A stretch of 64,000 nt of DNA from Octopus bimaculoides (taxonomy: Eukaryota): the NCBI RefSeq assembly GCF_001194135.2, contig NC_068989.1, positions 48,865,783-48,929,782 of the forward strand, given 5' to 3'. Positions 38,891-51,156 of the stretch are shown piece after piece. The notes beneath the pieces are model-generated. The model had not been told where the DNA came from. It was given only the letters and a program-made list of their open reading frames with translations, and did no database searches. Positions within the stretch are counted from its first letter, which is position 1; the number at the start of each line of letters is the position of its first letter. A program made the translations under genes and the position numbers.

Positions 38891-40333
38891 TGAGATTCAG
38901 GAAGCACAGTGTGTTTGAAAACACACATACATCTCAATATGTATATATACATACAACTGGCCTCTTGCCTAATTTCTTCCTCAAGCCTTCCTATCACCCA
39001 TCTCTATCACTGATCACTCTGAACTACAGTATTCAGATGCTGTAGTTAAATGAAAGCAAGATTGTATATTTCATCACTATTTTCTGTGATACCAATTATC
39101 TTTCTCACTTCCCATAACCACTTCACCTGTTAAACGTTCTTCGTTCTTGCCGCTCTCCACTGACATTTTACATTGATCACCCTTTCTGTGTCTCTAAATT
39201 ACCTCTCCACAATCACCATACATATCTTACTGCCCCTGTACACTAAATCTGCTTCTATCCTCACTCTCCTACAGCCTAATCACTCACACATCATCTTTCT
39301 CTCTCTGTCATCCTTCCTCCCATCTGTTGTATTAGTATTATTATTAGTATTCTGTTGCTCTTCACCCCCTTCTGTACTCTCATCCACTCTTCAGTCCTAT
39401 CTAATATCTGCAGACATCATCAACTCTTTCATACCTTCCTGTCAAACACTTTGTTCTTCATTTATCATATTTGTCCCTTCCACCATTCCCCAGACATCTA
39501 ATACACATGCCTGCAACTTCTACTCACCCACACCTCCTGTGCTTCTGTCACCACTAATTTATATTCATCTTCTTGTACCATGAGGGTCCACCCTAACATG
39601 AGAGAGAGGGGGAAGTGGAGAAAGAGAAAGAGAGACTCTTGTATGTAGGAATATTTCATTCGTACAAGAATCAATAGATACAACAGTAGTATCAACAAAT
39701 ATACTTCACATTCATGGCATAAATCTATTAATATGCTCATAATACACCCAAAACAACTATGTCATATATATATAGATATATACATATGTGTACATGATAT
39801 AAATTTTAATAACATATTTGATAATACAAAGCGTACACAATACAGAATGTGATGTTTTAACAAAAAACAAAAATTACAAAAAAAAACAGATACAAATGAA
39901 ACCATTGTGACAATAACATATATATGTGAACACACATCAATATGATGTGTATACATTTTGTATTTACATGTGTGTATACATACATATGCATTTTCATAAA
40001 TTTAAATAGAAATTTACATACATCCATATATACTTGCACATACACACATATATGCATACACATACACACACATATGCATGTATACATACAGACAATACTC
40101 ATATACGTATTTCATAATTCCAATTGAATATTTGCAGGTTTATATGTATACATATAAACACACATGCTTAAGTGTATTTGTATATATATATGTGAATAGA
40201 TATACATGCACACAAACTCATTTAGTTATGAATTCATAACATTCGATAGGAAATATCAAATGAATAATTGAAAAAGTGAACAATACATTCGAGCCTCACA
40301 CCCCCTTAATAACTGGCTCTCAGCCAATGTTAC

Positions 40334-40405
40334 CACAATAGCGCCTTGGATTCATGCAAATGTTACATGGTAAAATAATCTGTATACTTTCACTGCGCTT
40401 TCCAC
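40334..40405 (-). CDS. Candidate coding exon (72 nt, phase 1-1) of an unidentified, possibly INPP4-like gene
   Basis: Acceptor gttgtgcag, donor GTAACA; reads (C)GKRSESIQIILPCNICMNPRRYC in frame with 42308-42345. Confidence 0.35.
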
Positions 40406-41269
40406 CTGCACAACATTCAAACACACTAATTTCAATCTACTTCAAATCTTAATATGAAATAGGAGAGAAATCAGAATAGCTAAGTCTGTTCTATACTCAG
40501 CAGTCAGCAAGTCTGAAGAATTTAATCTATTTTAGCTGCCTGGTGAGTGCCATACAGCAACAATGTGCTTTTGGTATGATGGGTTTGTAGCTTGGATTCA
40601 ATTTGCATCACCTTGATTGTGCTATCAATGAGAAGAGCATGAATATTGCACAAATCCACTCCATAACCTTTATATATTTAATGTTTGCAGTCTGTTTGTT
40701 TGACTAGTCTGCATGATTCAGCTGTCCAGTGATGTCCAAGCTTATTTCTTCAAAGTTTTTCATCCATCAGTCGCTTAAAATACAAAAGCAGTGAGTTAGA
40801 TGGCTTAGATGGCAAAACACTGTACTGGATGATTTTCTGTAACAAAAACTATTCCAAGTTCAAATCATGCAAGGGATAACTTTAACTTTCAATCCTCAAT
40901 TAAGTGTCATGAAAATAAATACCAATGATATCTTACACTAATTCAATTTATTGTACCATCTCCTTTACGAAACTGAGCCCAGTCAAAATAAATTTGTTAT
41001 ATAAAATACAGATGGGCAGTAAATTGGCCAAAATGGTAAATCACCCATGTAAACTTTGAGTTTATTTCTCAACATTTTGATTTCAAAGCTTGCTGACAGC
41101 TTTGTTTGTTAACTCTCTCTCTCTCTCGTTCTGGCACTGGGGAAACAAGTACCAGTAATAAAATAGTCGATTTAATTAACTCCAACAAAAATTGATGCTC
41201 AAGAAGGCCTGTCCTCCACAGCAGAAGTGTTAAGGCCATCTCCTCTGGTAAAGGGGATTGGTCAGCAAG

Positions 41270-41505
41270 AATCCGATGCTAGTGCCACATAAGCACTTGT
41301 GCCAGTGCCATGTAAATGTGCTTGTACTCGTGGCATATTAAAAGCACCTAACACACACTGTAAAGTAGTTGGTGTTAGGAAGGGCATACAGCCATAGTAA
41401 TCAAGCCAAATCAGAATGGAACCTGGTTGCCAGATCTGGTCAAACTGTCTAACCCATACCAGCATGGAAAATGGATGATAAAGGATGATGAGGATGATGA
41501 TGATA
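41270..41505 (+). mobile_element. RTE-type 3' end / SINE
   Basis: Family motif and GAT tail. Confidence 0.8.
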
Positions 41506-42307
41506 TTTGTTGACTCAGAACTCAAGAGAAATCATTGCATAAAATACATGGGACAATATTATAGAAATCAATATTGCACTTCAATAAAAAGAATAGATAC
41601 ATACTACTTCTTTATAGAAATCCCCTACTTTAAAATGGGCCAGACATTGCATGGAAATACAGTTATATGCTAAATGCACCATCTAATCAATTTCTGTACT
41701 TTAGTTACAATACCTGCTACAATCACTACACTCAAATCTTTCTGTTACTCTTTCCAGCTTCCAGACAAGATAGAAAAATAACTTAACTTTAGTCATCTAA
41801 TCTGCCAACATAACAGAATTGATAGTAGATAAGCATTTTGATAAATTATTAAAAGTATTCTTTGCTTGTCCATTATTGCAGAGACTTCTGGAGTATGACA
41901 AAATCTCCTTTGATTAATTAAATTTTCATAAATAAACTTCTAGAAGTTAGTTTTTCTTCACTTTTGTAAGTAAATGTGCATGTGAATAAATGTGTATGCA
42001 TGCATGCATACACACACACATATCAGTGAGTGTGCATGAAAGCAAAATATGTGTGTGTATAAAGGAGTAGGAATAAATGAGCATGATTTAAAAAAAAAAT
42101 TTTATACATATTTTTTATGTACTATAGGGTACACCATATGAAGTTGTTTAGCCATCATGTGATGTGAAATATCTTTTACTAATTTCTCATGTATGAAGGT
42201 GATCACATGGCCTCCAAACAGAATGCCCTATAAAATTGCAACTGGTGAGGCCAATCTCCCATTTTCTGTCCACAGGGAAATTAGAAGAACAGAACTCACT
42301 TGCTTAC

Positions 42308-42345
42308 ATTTGTGCAGCGTGTTTGATGACACATCAGAGATATAA
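42308..42345 (-). CDS. Candidate coding exon (38 nt)
   Basis: Strong acceptor ttttatttttgtttttag, donor GTAAGC; (R)YISDVSSNTLHK in frame with 50180-50253. Confidence 0.45.
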
Positions 42346-42488
42346 CTAAAAACAAAAATAAAATAACTTGTATTGCATGACAGAGTATACTGTATAATAC
42401 ATCTCTATTATCTGAAATAAACTTAGTGCATCTATCATTAATTACCGAATACATGTAAATATTTCTGTTCTGCAATATCTGCATTCAT

Positions 42489-42534
<46 letters not shown>

Positions 42535-42684
42535 AAACATGCAATTGCCAATGTATGTGGTTGTTTCTGCAATATGCATATATCAATATCTGTGTGTTTA
42601 AATAGAAATAAATATACGGTCAGGTCAGATATAGAGGTATGCACCATTGCAGCACTTTGTTGCATCCTCCATTTGTCAATATAT

Positions 42685-42880
42685 ACTGGCAGAATTGTTA
42701 GCATGCCAGGCGAAATGCTTAGTGGTATTTCATCTGTCTTTATGTTCTGAGTTCAAATTCTGCCGAAGTTGACTTTGTCTTTCATTCTTTTGGGGCCGAT
42801 AAGATAAGTACCAGGTGGGGTTGTAACTGATTCTTCCCCTCCTCCAAAATTGCTGCCCTTGTGGCAAAATTTAAAACCAA
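42685..42880 (+). mobile_element. SINE family A
   Basis: Similarity to 6041-6258; abuts the truncated end of the mariner relic. Confidence 0.85.
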
Positions 42881-42884
42881 TATT

Positions 42885-43495
42885 GGGTTTAATGGTTCAA
42901 AGTGGACTAAACCTTTCATATCCCACCAAACAGATAACAACACCTGATGTGGGTGAAGACCTGTTGCCTGGGTGCTGGTGTCTCTCCTTTCCCTACCCAC
43001 TGTCTTCAGGGTTTGACATTAGAGAACCCAATTCTCATTACTATTCAGTCAAAAAAAGATTCATTCATGAGACGTGACATCAAGGAAGAATACACATTCA
43101 CTCTCTGTGCACAATTAGACTCAGAAAGTTTAAGAGGAACCCATTGATCCAATCTGCTGACTTTTCCGATGGCATGCAGGTGTTGATGAATGGTTGAATG
43201 ACCAAATCCAAGATTCTCTGCTAGTTCCTCAATAGTTACGATGAGATTTTGTTCCACCAGGGTTTGCAGGATATCCTCGTCAAGCTCAACAGATCTTTCA
43301 GGATGAGGCTCATCTTCTAGGCTGCAGTTTCCAACTTGGAATTTCTGAAACCACTGTTGACACTGGCTTACGCTTATTGTCTGATCCCTATATACTGCAT
43401 TAATATTCCTTGCACTTTCCATTGCATTGTTTTTATTGAAGTCATAAAGATATTAAAACATGCCAAATATGCTCCTATGTCACATCCATTATGGT
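42885..43495 (-). pseudogene. Mariner (Tc1/mariner) transposase relic, 3'-truncated
   Basis: ESARNINAVY..QCQQWFQKFQVGNCSLEDEP..ELDEDIL..GKVSRLDQWVPLKL (WVPHEL motif), then frameshifted LHPHQVLLSVWWDMKGLVHFE; stops and frameshifts. Confidence 0.92.
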
Positions 43496-44667
43496 TTTGA
43501 NNNNNNNNNNNNNNNNNNNNNNNNNNNNNNNNNNNNNNNNNNNNNNNNNNNNNNNNNNNNNNNNNNNNNNNNNNNNNNNNNNNNNNNNNNNNNNNNNNNN
43601 TATATATATATATATAGGGTGTTGCACTCCTGATTGTGAGATTGTGATTTCAGTTACTGGACTGGGTGGTATGTTGTGTTCTTGAGCAAAACAACTTCAT
43701 CTCACATTGCTCTGAGATCACTTTGACACCTGACACATGGTGCACTGTGCAGCTGTTCAGATAACATTAATTTGAGAGAAGGAGGAAGTGAGCTAATGTA
43801 CAGTACACCTGTTTGTTCACTATAAGCAAAACATTTGTGCAGGTTGCTTAGCAAGAAATTGCAGAACTGTCTTTCTGAGACTATGAGACACTATCGTCAT
43901 CATACACACACACACATATATATATATATATATGAGGATTACTTTTAGCTTATTTCTTACTAAATAGGTTGATAATTTAATATGATATACCATAGATTTG
44001 TTGCCTCTAAAAATTAATATTTAAAATTGCAAGTAGCCTGATCAGGCAAACCTATGTATATTTCAGTTTCGATGCAACACAGTATTCTTACTAAATATAT
44101 CTTTTTCAATGTGGTCAGTTTCTCTCTCCATTATTGATATTTAAATAATGCACCTGTTATTAAATAATGTAAATTTTCAATATAGTCTGGTGGTCTGCAT
44201 GTAAATAATTAATCTGCTATTTTTAATCAAACTAGTTTACGTTGCAACGCTAATTAATGCATTCCCCCCCCCCCNNNNNNNNNNNNNNNNNNCCATCTAA
44301 CCAGTTCAGCTGTACTATTAATCTATAGTTAATTTTACTTTGGCTATCTGATTTCATATTGCCAATTAATATCTTTGCTACAATCTAACCAGTTCATCAA
44401 GTATTACTGCATAATATACATGTATTTTCATTCATTTACCTGAATTAGTAATTAAAGTAAGAAAATGGAGTTAGCAGAAGTAGTAGAGTGTTAGTTAGCC
44501 TAGACACTTTACAGTAGCTTGTTTAGTACCTCACTGTTTTTGAGTTCAAATCAACATTATGATACATTCTTCTTAGATAAAGGTTAAAAACATTGGTACC
44601 AAGATCAAAAATGATTGAGTTAATTCCACTCTCAGATAAAATCAAGTTTTAGACTTTTAGTCTAAAC

Positions 44668-45006
44668 CAGGGTTTGTCAAACATTTTTTACCTATGGACC
44701 CCTTTGATTGCTATTTTATTCTGGTGGACCCCTCCATAGTCATTTGCTGTTTAAAAACTAGTTTTAAGAAACTCTTTTCAAAATTCCTAATTTGTTTTTC
44801 ACACATTAACTTGTGTTGGTTGAGCTATGTAAAATGCAAGAGAAAGAATCCTTGCTGTTTCTTACAATATGTACATCTAGAGCAAAATTTCTTCAGGGGC
44901 TCTTAAAATATTATTGTGGATCCCCAGTTTACTATTTTGTTGTGCAGACCCCTAAAATCTTATATAGACCCTCAGGGGCCATATGGACCCTGCTTCAGAA
45001 CCACTG
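44668..45006. mobile_element. hAT (Charlie-like) MITE
   Basis: TIRs cagggtttgtcaa / cagaaccactg; TSD gtctaaac / gtctagac (7 of 8); same family as 15669-15978. Confidence 0.8.
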
Positions 45007-47206
45007 GTCTAGACAAATAAATAGCTACAACAGAATGTAACATATGGCAGAGAGAGACAAAGAAAATCACTGAAAATTGTGAAGTTAGATCTCAGAATGT
45101 TTGATCTCTCAGATTAACTGGAGATTGTATATCCCAATGTTAATATGTATAAATAGGTGTTAAATCATGTAGATAATTTAATCTTATACATCCTATTTTA
45201 TATGTAACATAACTATCCTTTAATGTAAGTATTGTAGTTTGTTATCACACAGAGTATAGTAAAGGGAACATATACAAGCTCATCTAATATTTTTTTTAGT
45301 AACCAGTGAAAAACTATCAGAGGAAATGAAGTGGACAAATAAGAGTTAATAGAACATTATTTTAGTTTTACATTGTAAGGACGATTTAGAGTGTTCAATA
45401 TTCTGGGCAGTACTCCTTTATTGAGAAAAGGGAAAAAAGAAAACCATTTTTTTTAAGAAGAGCAATATAGATGTTTTGAATAACATCAAACTGTAAAACT
45501 AATAACTATATATATAAACACACATCCATATACAAATATAGATATATAGGGATGTATGATGTGTGTATGGCATATAGTCCACCATTTTTTTTCTGCTTGT
45601 GTTATTTTGCCCTCAATGCTTTTTCAGTGGATTACCTATCACAGTGACACAGGTAACTCTGTAGGTTATCAGATTACACTGGATCTATTATTATCATAGT
45701 TCTAATTTCACTATTATGAGTATTTCAAAATAGCCAGCTTACATTGATATTACTAATGTATTTCTGTTTTCATTCAATCAACTAGAAGAATGCTAATGCT
45801 ATTTACTTCACGGATAAATAACACAACTGTATTAAATGCAGACATCCTCTGAAAAGTTCAAAACTCCACGACACATACATGAAAAGTCTGAAATAGAAAA
45901 TCACAATCAGAGTATTGCCAAGATTTAAAATATATCTGACTTCTTCTTTAATGCATCAACAAAGCTGTGTTAGCTGGTAAGTTCTTAAGACTTTATACAA
46001 TACCATTTTCATATTTGAAAGCCACAACTGTAAATTCTAGCATGCACATTTTACCTTAACACTGCCTCTTCTAATAAAACTGACATAGATCTTTCTGCAA
46101 ACTGTTGATCATGCTCCTACTTTGTCTGCGATCGCTCATTTAACTCATCTCTTTGATTTTAATCATAATAATTTATGATGTTTCCCAGTCTCTTTGATCC
46201 TTGCACAAAATGTTTCTCAGAAACATTCCCCTACCTTAAAAACTGTAAGCTACTCCCTATGCATACTCTTATATCATTATCTTATTGCTAACCTTCTTCA
46301 GTTTGAAAGGAAGCCTCAAGTACTTGTGATTAACAATATAATAAAAATAATCTTCTTCTTAACATTTTCCCAATGAAACAAAAACCAGGTTACATACTCC
46401 CCTTCAACTACCATAGAATAAACTAGTAATTTGCCTATTTCACTATCATTCATTTAGTGTGCTTATTTCAATATATCTTTCAAATAATTTGCTTATTAAA
46501 CTTCATATTAATAAATTGATAATTCTACTAAATATCTCATTGTAATAAGTTCAGTTACACTAATCTGTCTATTCCATATATAAAGACTTGCTAACCTGTA
46601 CTAACATTAGTACACTGTTATTATCAGATGAAGAATGGTTGGAAAACATACAATTGAGATATAGAAAATTCTTTCATTCAATTATATAACCAGTACAGAA
46701 TTACCAAATCTGGCAACAGATCTTTAATGAAGCCATTTAAAATAAATGAAGTTCCTTATAGAATGAAGATCAAAGTTGAAAATACTGTTACCAAGAGAGA
46801 ATACCAAACTAAGATAAAATATTAACATATTGCAGACACACCTGCAAGTATGTATGTGTGTGTGTGGCAGTACATATGTATACACACACACACACTTAAC
46901 CCTCATTTCTGTCTGATTAATTTTTACTGAGGTCTACTACTATCTGTTTGAATACTTATGTGAAACTTTATAAATTCATAGTCTATATGTACACATATTT
47001 CCAATGTAAATAGACTATGAAATAATGATAAGGTTTCACATAAGTATTCAAACAGTAACAATTAATCAGACAGAAATGAAGATTAAGTAAGAGATCATGT
47101 GATACTAAACACACACACACAACAGGTTCTACAAATATTTCCACATGTGCCTGTGCATACTCAGCTTCTTAATGTTTTCATATGCATAAACATACATGTA
47201 TGTGCA

Positions 47207-47310
<104 letters not shown>

Positions 47311-47561
47311 TGTGTATTATATGTATGAGAACTAATATAGGAAAGAAGTTGATACATATGAATGGTGAGCATATAACTTTTATTTTCAATGAGCATCCAA
47401 TATCTTACATATGTTTCATACCTAGCAATTTTTCTGAGGAGTTATACATTTAATACAGTGGGCTGTATATGCAAAGACAAGCTCAAACATACATACATGC
47501 ACCTACATGTATATGCACACACATAATTAGAAAATATGTTTACCAGACTGTAACTTGAAAG

Positions 47562-48248
47562 TTTCAGTACTAGTAGCTTATCAGACAGATTTGTAGTACT
47601 AGTAGTTTCAGTACTAGTAGCTTATCAGACAGATTTGTAGTACTAGTAGTTTCAGTACTAGTAGCTTATCAGACAGATTTGTAGTACTAGTAGTTTCAGT
47701 ACTAGTAGCTTATCAGACAGATTTGTAGTANNNNNNNNNNNNNNNNNNNNNNNNNNNNNNNNNNNNNNNNNNNNNNNNNNNNNNNNNNNNNNNNNNNNNN
47801 NNNNNNNNNNNNNNNNNNNNNNNNNNNNNNNNNNNNNNNNNNNNNNNNNNNNNNNNNNNNNNNNNNNNNNNNNNNNNNNNNNNNNNNNNNNNNNNNNNNN
47901 NNNNNNNNNNNNNNNNNNNNNNNNNNNNNNNNNNNNNNNNNNNNNNNNNNNNNNNNNNNNNNNNNNNNNNNNNNNNNNNNNNNNNNNNNNNNNNNNNNNN
48001 NNNNNNNNNNNNNNNNNNNNNNNNNNNNNNNNNNNNNNNNNNNNNNNNNNNNNNNNNNNNNNCAGATTTGTAGTACTAGTAGTTTCAGTACTAGTAGCTT
48101 ATCAGACAGATTTGTAGTACTAGTAGTTTCAGTACTAGTAGCTTATCAGACAGATTTGTAGTACTAGTAGTTTCAGTACTAGTAGCTTATCAGACAGATT
48201 TGTAGTACTAGTAGTTTCAGTACTAGTAGCTTACCAAACAGATTTGTA
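47562..48248. repeat. 44-bp near-perfect tandem array spanning an N gap
   Basis: Unit tttcagtactagtagcttatcagacagatttgtagtactagtag; starts at 47562, 47606, 47650, 47694; resumes after the gap; about 8 units visible. Confidence 0.97.
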
Positions 48249-49263
48249 TGCTGTGCTGATGATACTGTATAATCACAATCACTGTATTTCTTTTTAATAT
48301 GATATTTAAACACTACTCATATACTGTGTTCTTCTTTGGTGGTTGTCACTTATTTTTAGTCTTATCTATTAAAAATACTATCATATATTTTCAGTAGTTC
48401 ATATATCCAAAAAAGAAGCACACTTTAAAGTATTAGAGCAGTAACATATCTTCTAAATGTTATGACTGGTTGGCCGGTCATAGTGTGACCATTGGTTTCA
48501 CACCTATAAAGCACTTAGCAGTATAGGTGACTTGCCAGAATGACTCATCTATACTGCTAACTTTCTAACACACACACACACACACACATATGTATTAAGT
48601 ACATGTTTACATGTACTTAATCATAGAAATTGTCAACAGTTTTGACATCAGCTTTCCATGCTGGCCTGATTTAAATGGTTTGCCATGAGCTTAAGTACTT
48701 CTTATTTTGAGTTACTGTCCTTCTAGATGGGTCAGAGAACCAAATGTGACTCATACATTTCATATTTCTCATGGTTTCTATGGCTGGTATGACCTTCAAA
48801 CAACTTCTTTAAAGAATGTACTGTGTGCAGTTTATCATAGTGGTACTACTAGAGTATTTGTCATGTTCTTGTCAGAACTAAAGAGCCAACTTGAGCACAC
48901 ACACATGCATGCACTTATTAGATGTTGAGAATATTATTGTATTACATTAAATTCAATATGATTCATTACAAATGACCATATGTTTCACTCTATACAAGCT
49001 TTTCAAATGAATGAAATATTAGTTCCAATGATGGAATATAAAACTAAATATGGGAGAGGATGTATGAGTACTTGGATTTTCTAAATATAGAAAATGCACA
49101 TATGCTCAGACATAACATTCCCTAAGCTAAACTGATACTTCATTCATCTAAAAAGTTATTATATATCAAAATATATAGCAATCTGCAACAAATCACATTT
49201 ATTTTAGTGTAATATACCAACCTACCAACCTACATACATGCATACATACAAACACACACACAC

Positions 49264-49304
<41 letters not shown>

Positions 49305-49476
49305 NNNNNNNNNNNNNNNNNNNNNNNNNNNNNNNNNNNNNNNNNNNNNNNNNNNNNNNNNNNNNNNNNNNNNNNNNNNNNNNNNNNNNNNNNNNNNNNN
49401 NNNNNNNNNNNNNNNNNNNNNNNNNNNNNNNNNNNNNNNNNNNNNNNNNNNNNNNNNNNNNNNNNNNNNNNNNNNN

Positions 49477-49511
<35 letters not shown>

Positions 49512-50038
49512 ATTCATATGAGGATATGTGTGTGTGCTAGTGTTTTACTTCACTATACTGATTTCTGTAGAACCAATAGCAATATATATATTTCAGTTTT
49601 ATTTCTCAACAGTCCATCACTTCAATATACAAGACTCTATACAAGCAACAACATTTTTCCACCTAATTTGCATTTGTTAGCATTCTTTCTTTGTGTGAAG
49701 TCACTTGTACAAAGCACATACATTTATGGCAAAGTACATTTCTAATCTATAGCACATAAACCTATAAACCAGTAAGTAGCTTAGAAGACATGTAGACATA
49801 TTTTCACCATTCTGAATCACTCATCATTGGTTAGACTTTAACAATAACACAAAGACATATATATGTATATATACACAGATGCATAAGTAAATGTTTTTGC
49901 AATTACATCTCCATCCCACACACACATATATAACCAATGCCAGCATGGCAAAATGGATGTAAAAGCTATGGAATATATACAATTATGTGAGTGTATATAA
50001 GCAATCTATCTATCTATCTATCTATATAAATATAATAG

Positions 50039-50097
<59 letters not shown>

Positions 50098-50179
50098 TAT
50101 AGACACACATCAAGAATATTTTCCCACAATATTGATATTACACAGTCCATGTGTCTGCAAGAGTTTAAAACTGACTTAC

Positions 50180-50253
50180 CGTAAATGCTGTTCATAATTC
50201 CGAGGCCGATCAAGTTCTGCAAGAATTTTTTCACGAATATTGTCCCAGTACCC
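50180..50253 (-). CDS. Candidate coding exon (74 nt)
   Basis: Acceptor ttatatgttattttcag, donor GTAAGT, 4 CpG in 74 nt; open frame GYWDNIREKILAELDRPRNYEQHL(R). A second frame (GTGTIFVKKFLQNLIGLG..) is also open. Confidence 0.6.
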
Positions 50254-50950
50254 CTGAAAATAACATATAAAAATAATTTTATGGATGTTATTGTACTGAA
50301 AAGGTAGACTACACAGTTTAAACATTAGCAATTTTTTTTTTGTAGCTTAATTAGATGTGAAAGGGTAGTGCCCATAACATTTTGCAAGGCTTTCAAAATT
50401 GGTTGGGTGTAAAGGAAAAATGGACTATGGCTCACAGGATATCCCTCAGGCTGGAGACCTGATATGTATGTCTGAAATGAACTGGACTCTACTGATGGTC
50501 AGATAGCATCCATCTGCTGCATTCACGTAGCATCTGTTAAGTCAGTTTCATTTACAATGCTAGAGTCAATCTGGAGTTTAAGGAGAAGACACTTGCTCAA
50601 GGTGCTGCATAATGGGATTGAAACTGGAACAACCATGATTACAAAAAGTTCCTAATTACATAGTCATAACTGTGAGATTACATTAGGATAAAACAGTACA
50701 ATGAAGGCTAAGAAAGAGCTTTAACTTTCTATAATATAAGTTAAGTCTAACAATTTCAAGCCATTTAAGATATTTTATTGTAACAGAACCTATAACACTC
50801 AAGTCAAAGTGGGAGCTTCTAAGTGACTTTTTGACCTGGTAAAAATAGTTGCCAAATTTTCCTGAAATCACATTTTCAATAAAGGACATATTATATGTGC
50901 AAATTGTAAGTTAGAGCCTCTTCAAGGTCATTCAGTTAAATCTTCTTTAA

Positions 50951-51156
50951 CCTTTTGGCATTCAAATATAAAATTTATTTATTCATACTGTTTTGAATAA
51001 TGTATGCAATACCTAATAGCTTTGAGATTTCAATGATGTGATTGTCTATTTTTAGAATGATGCTGTAAGGTAGATGTGAGAGGCTGAATCTGGCCAGTGT
51101 GAACATAAAAAAAGTAGAATATTTGGGCCAGATTGGCTAATTTAAATGCAATAGGG
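50951..51156. mobile_element. piggyBac-type MITE (family 2)
   Basis: TTAA at 50947-50950 and 51157-51160; reverse complement of 20531-20745. Confidence 0.75.

Noticed and set aside
45810-46140. Several splice-like signals and CpGs (for example EHDQQFAERSMSVLLEEAVLR on the minus strand).
   Set aside because: Acceptors and phases do not fit a consistent chain, and signals on both strands conflict.
47573-47594. The array unit contains TAGCTTATCAGACAGATTTGTA, which matches vertebrate miR-21 (as recalled) at 18 of 22 positions including the first 13.
   Set aside because: miR-21 is a vertebrate family and the unit has no complementary star arm or pre-miRNA hairpin; treated as coincidence.
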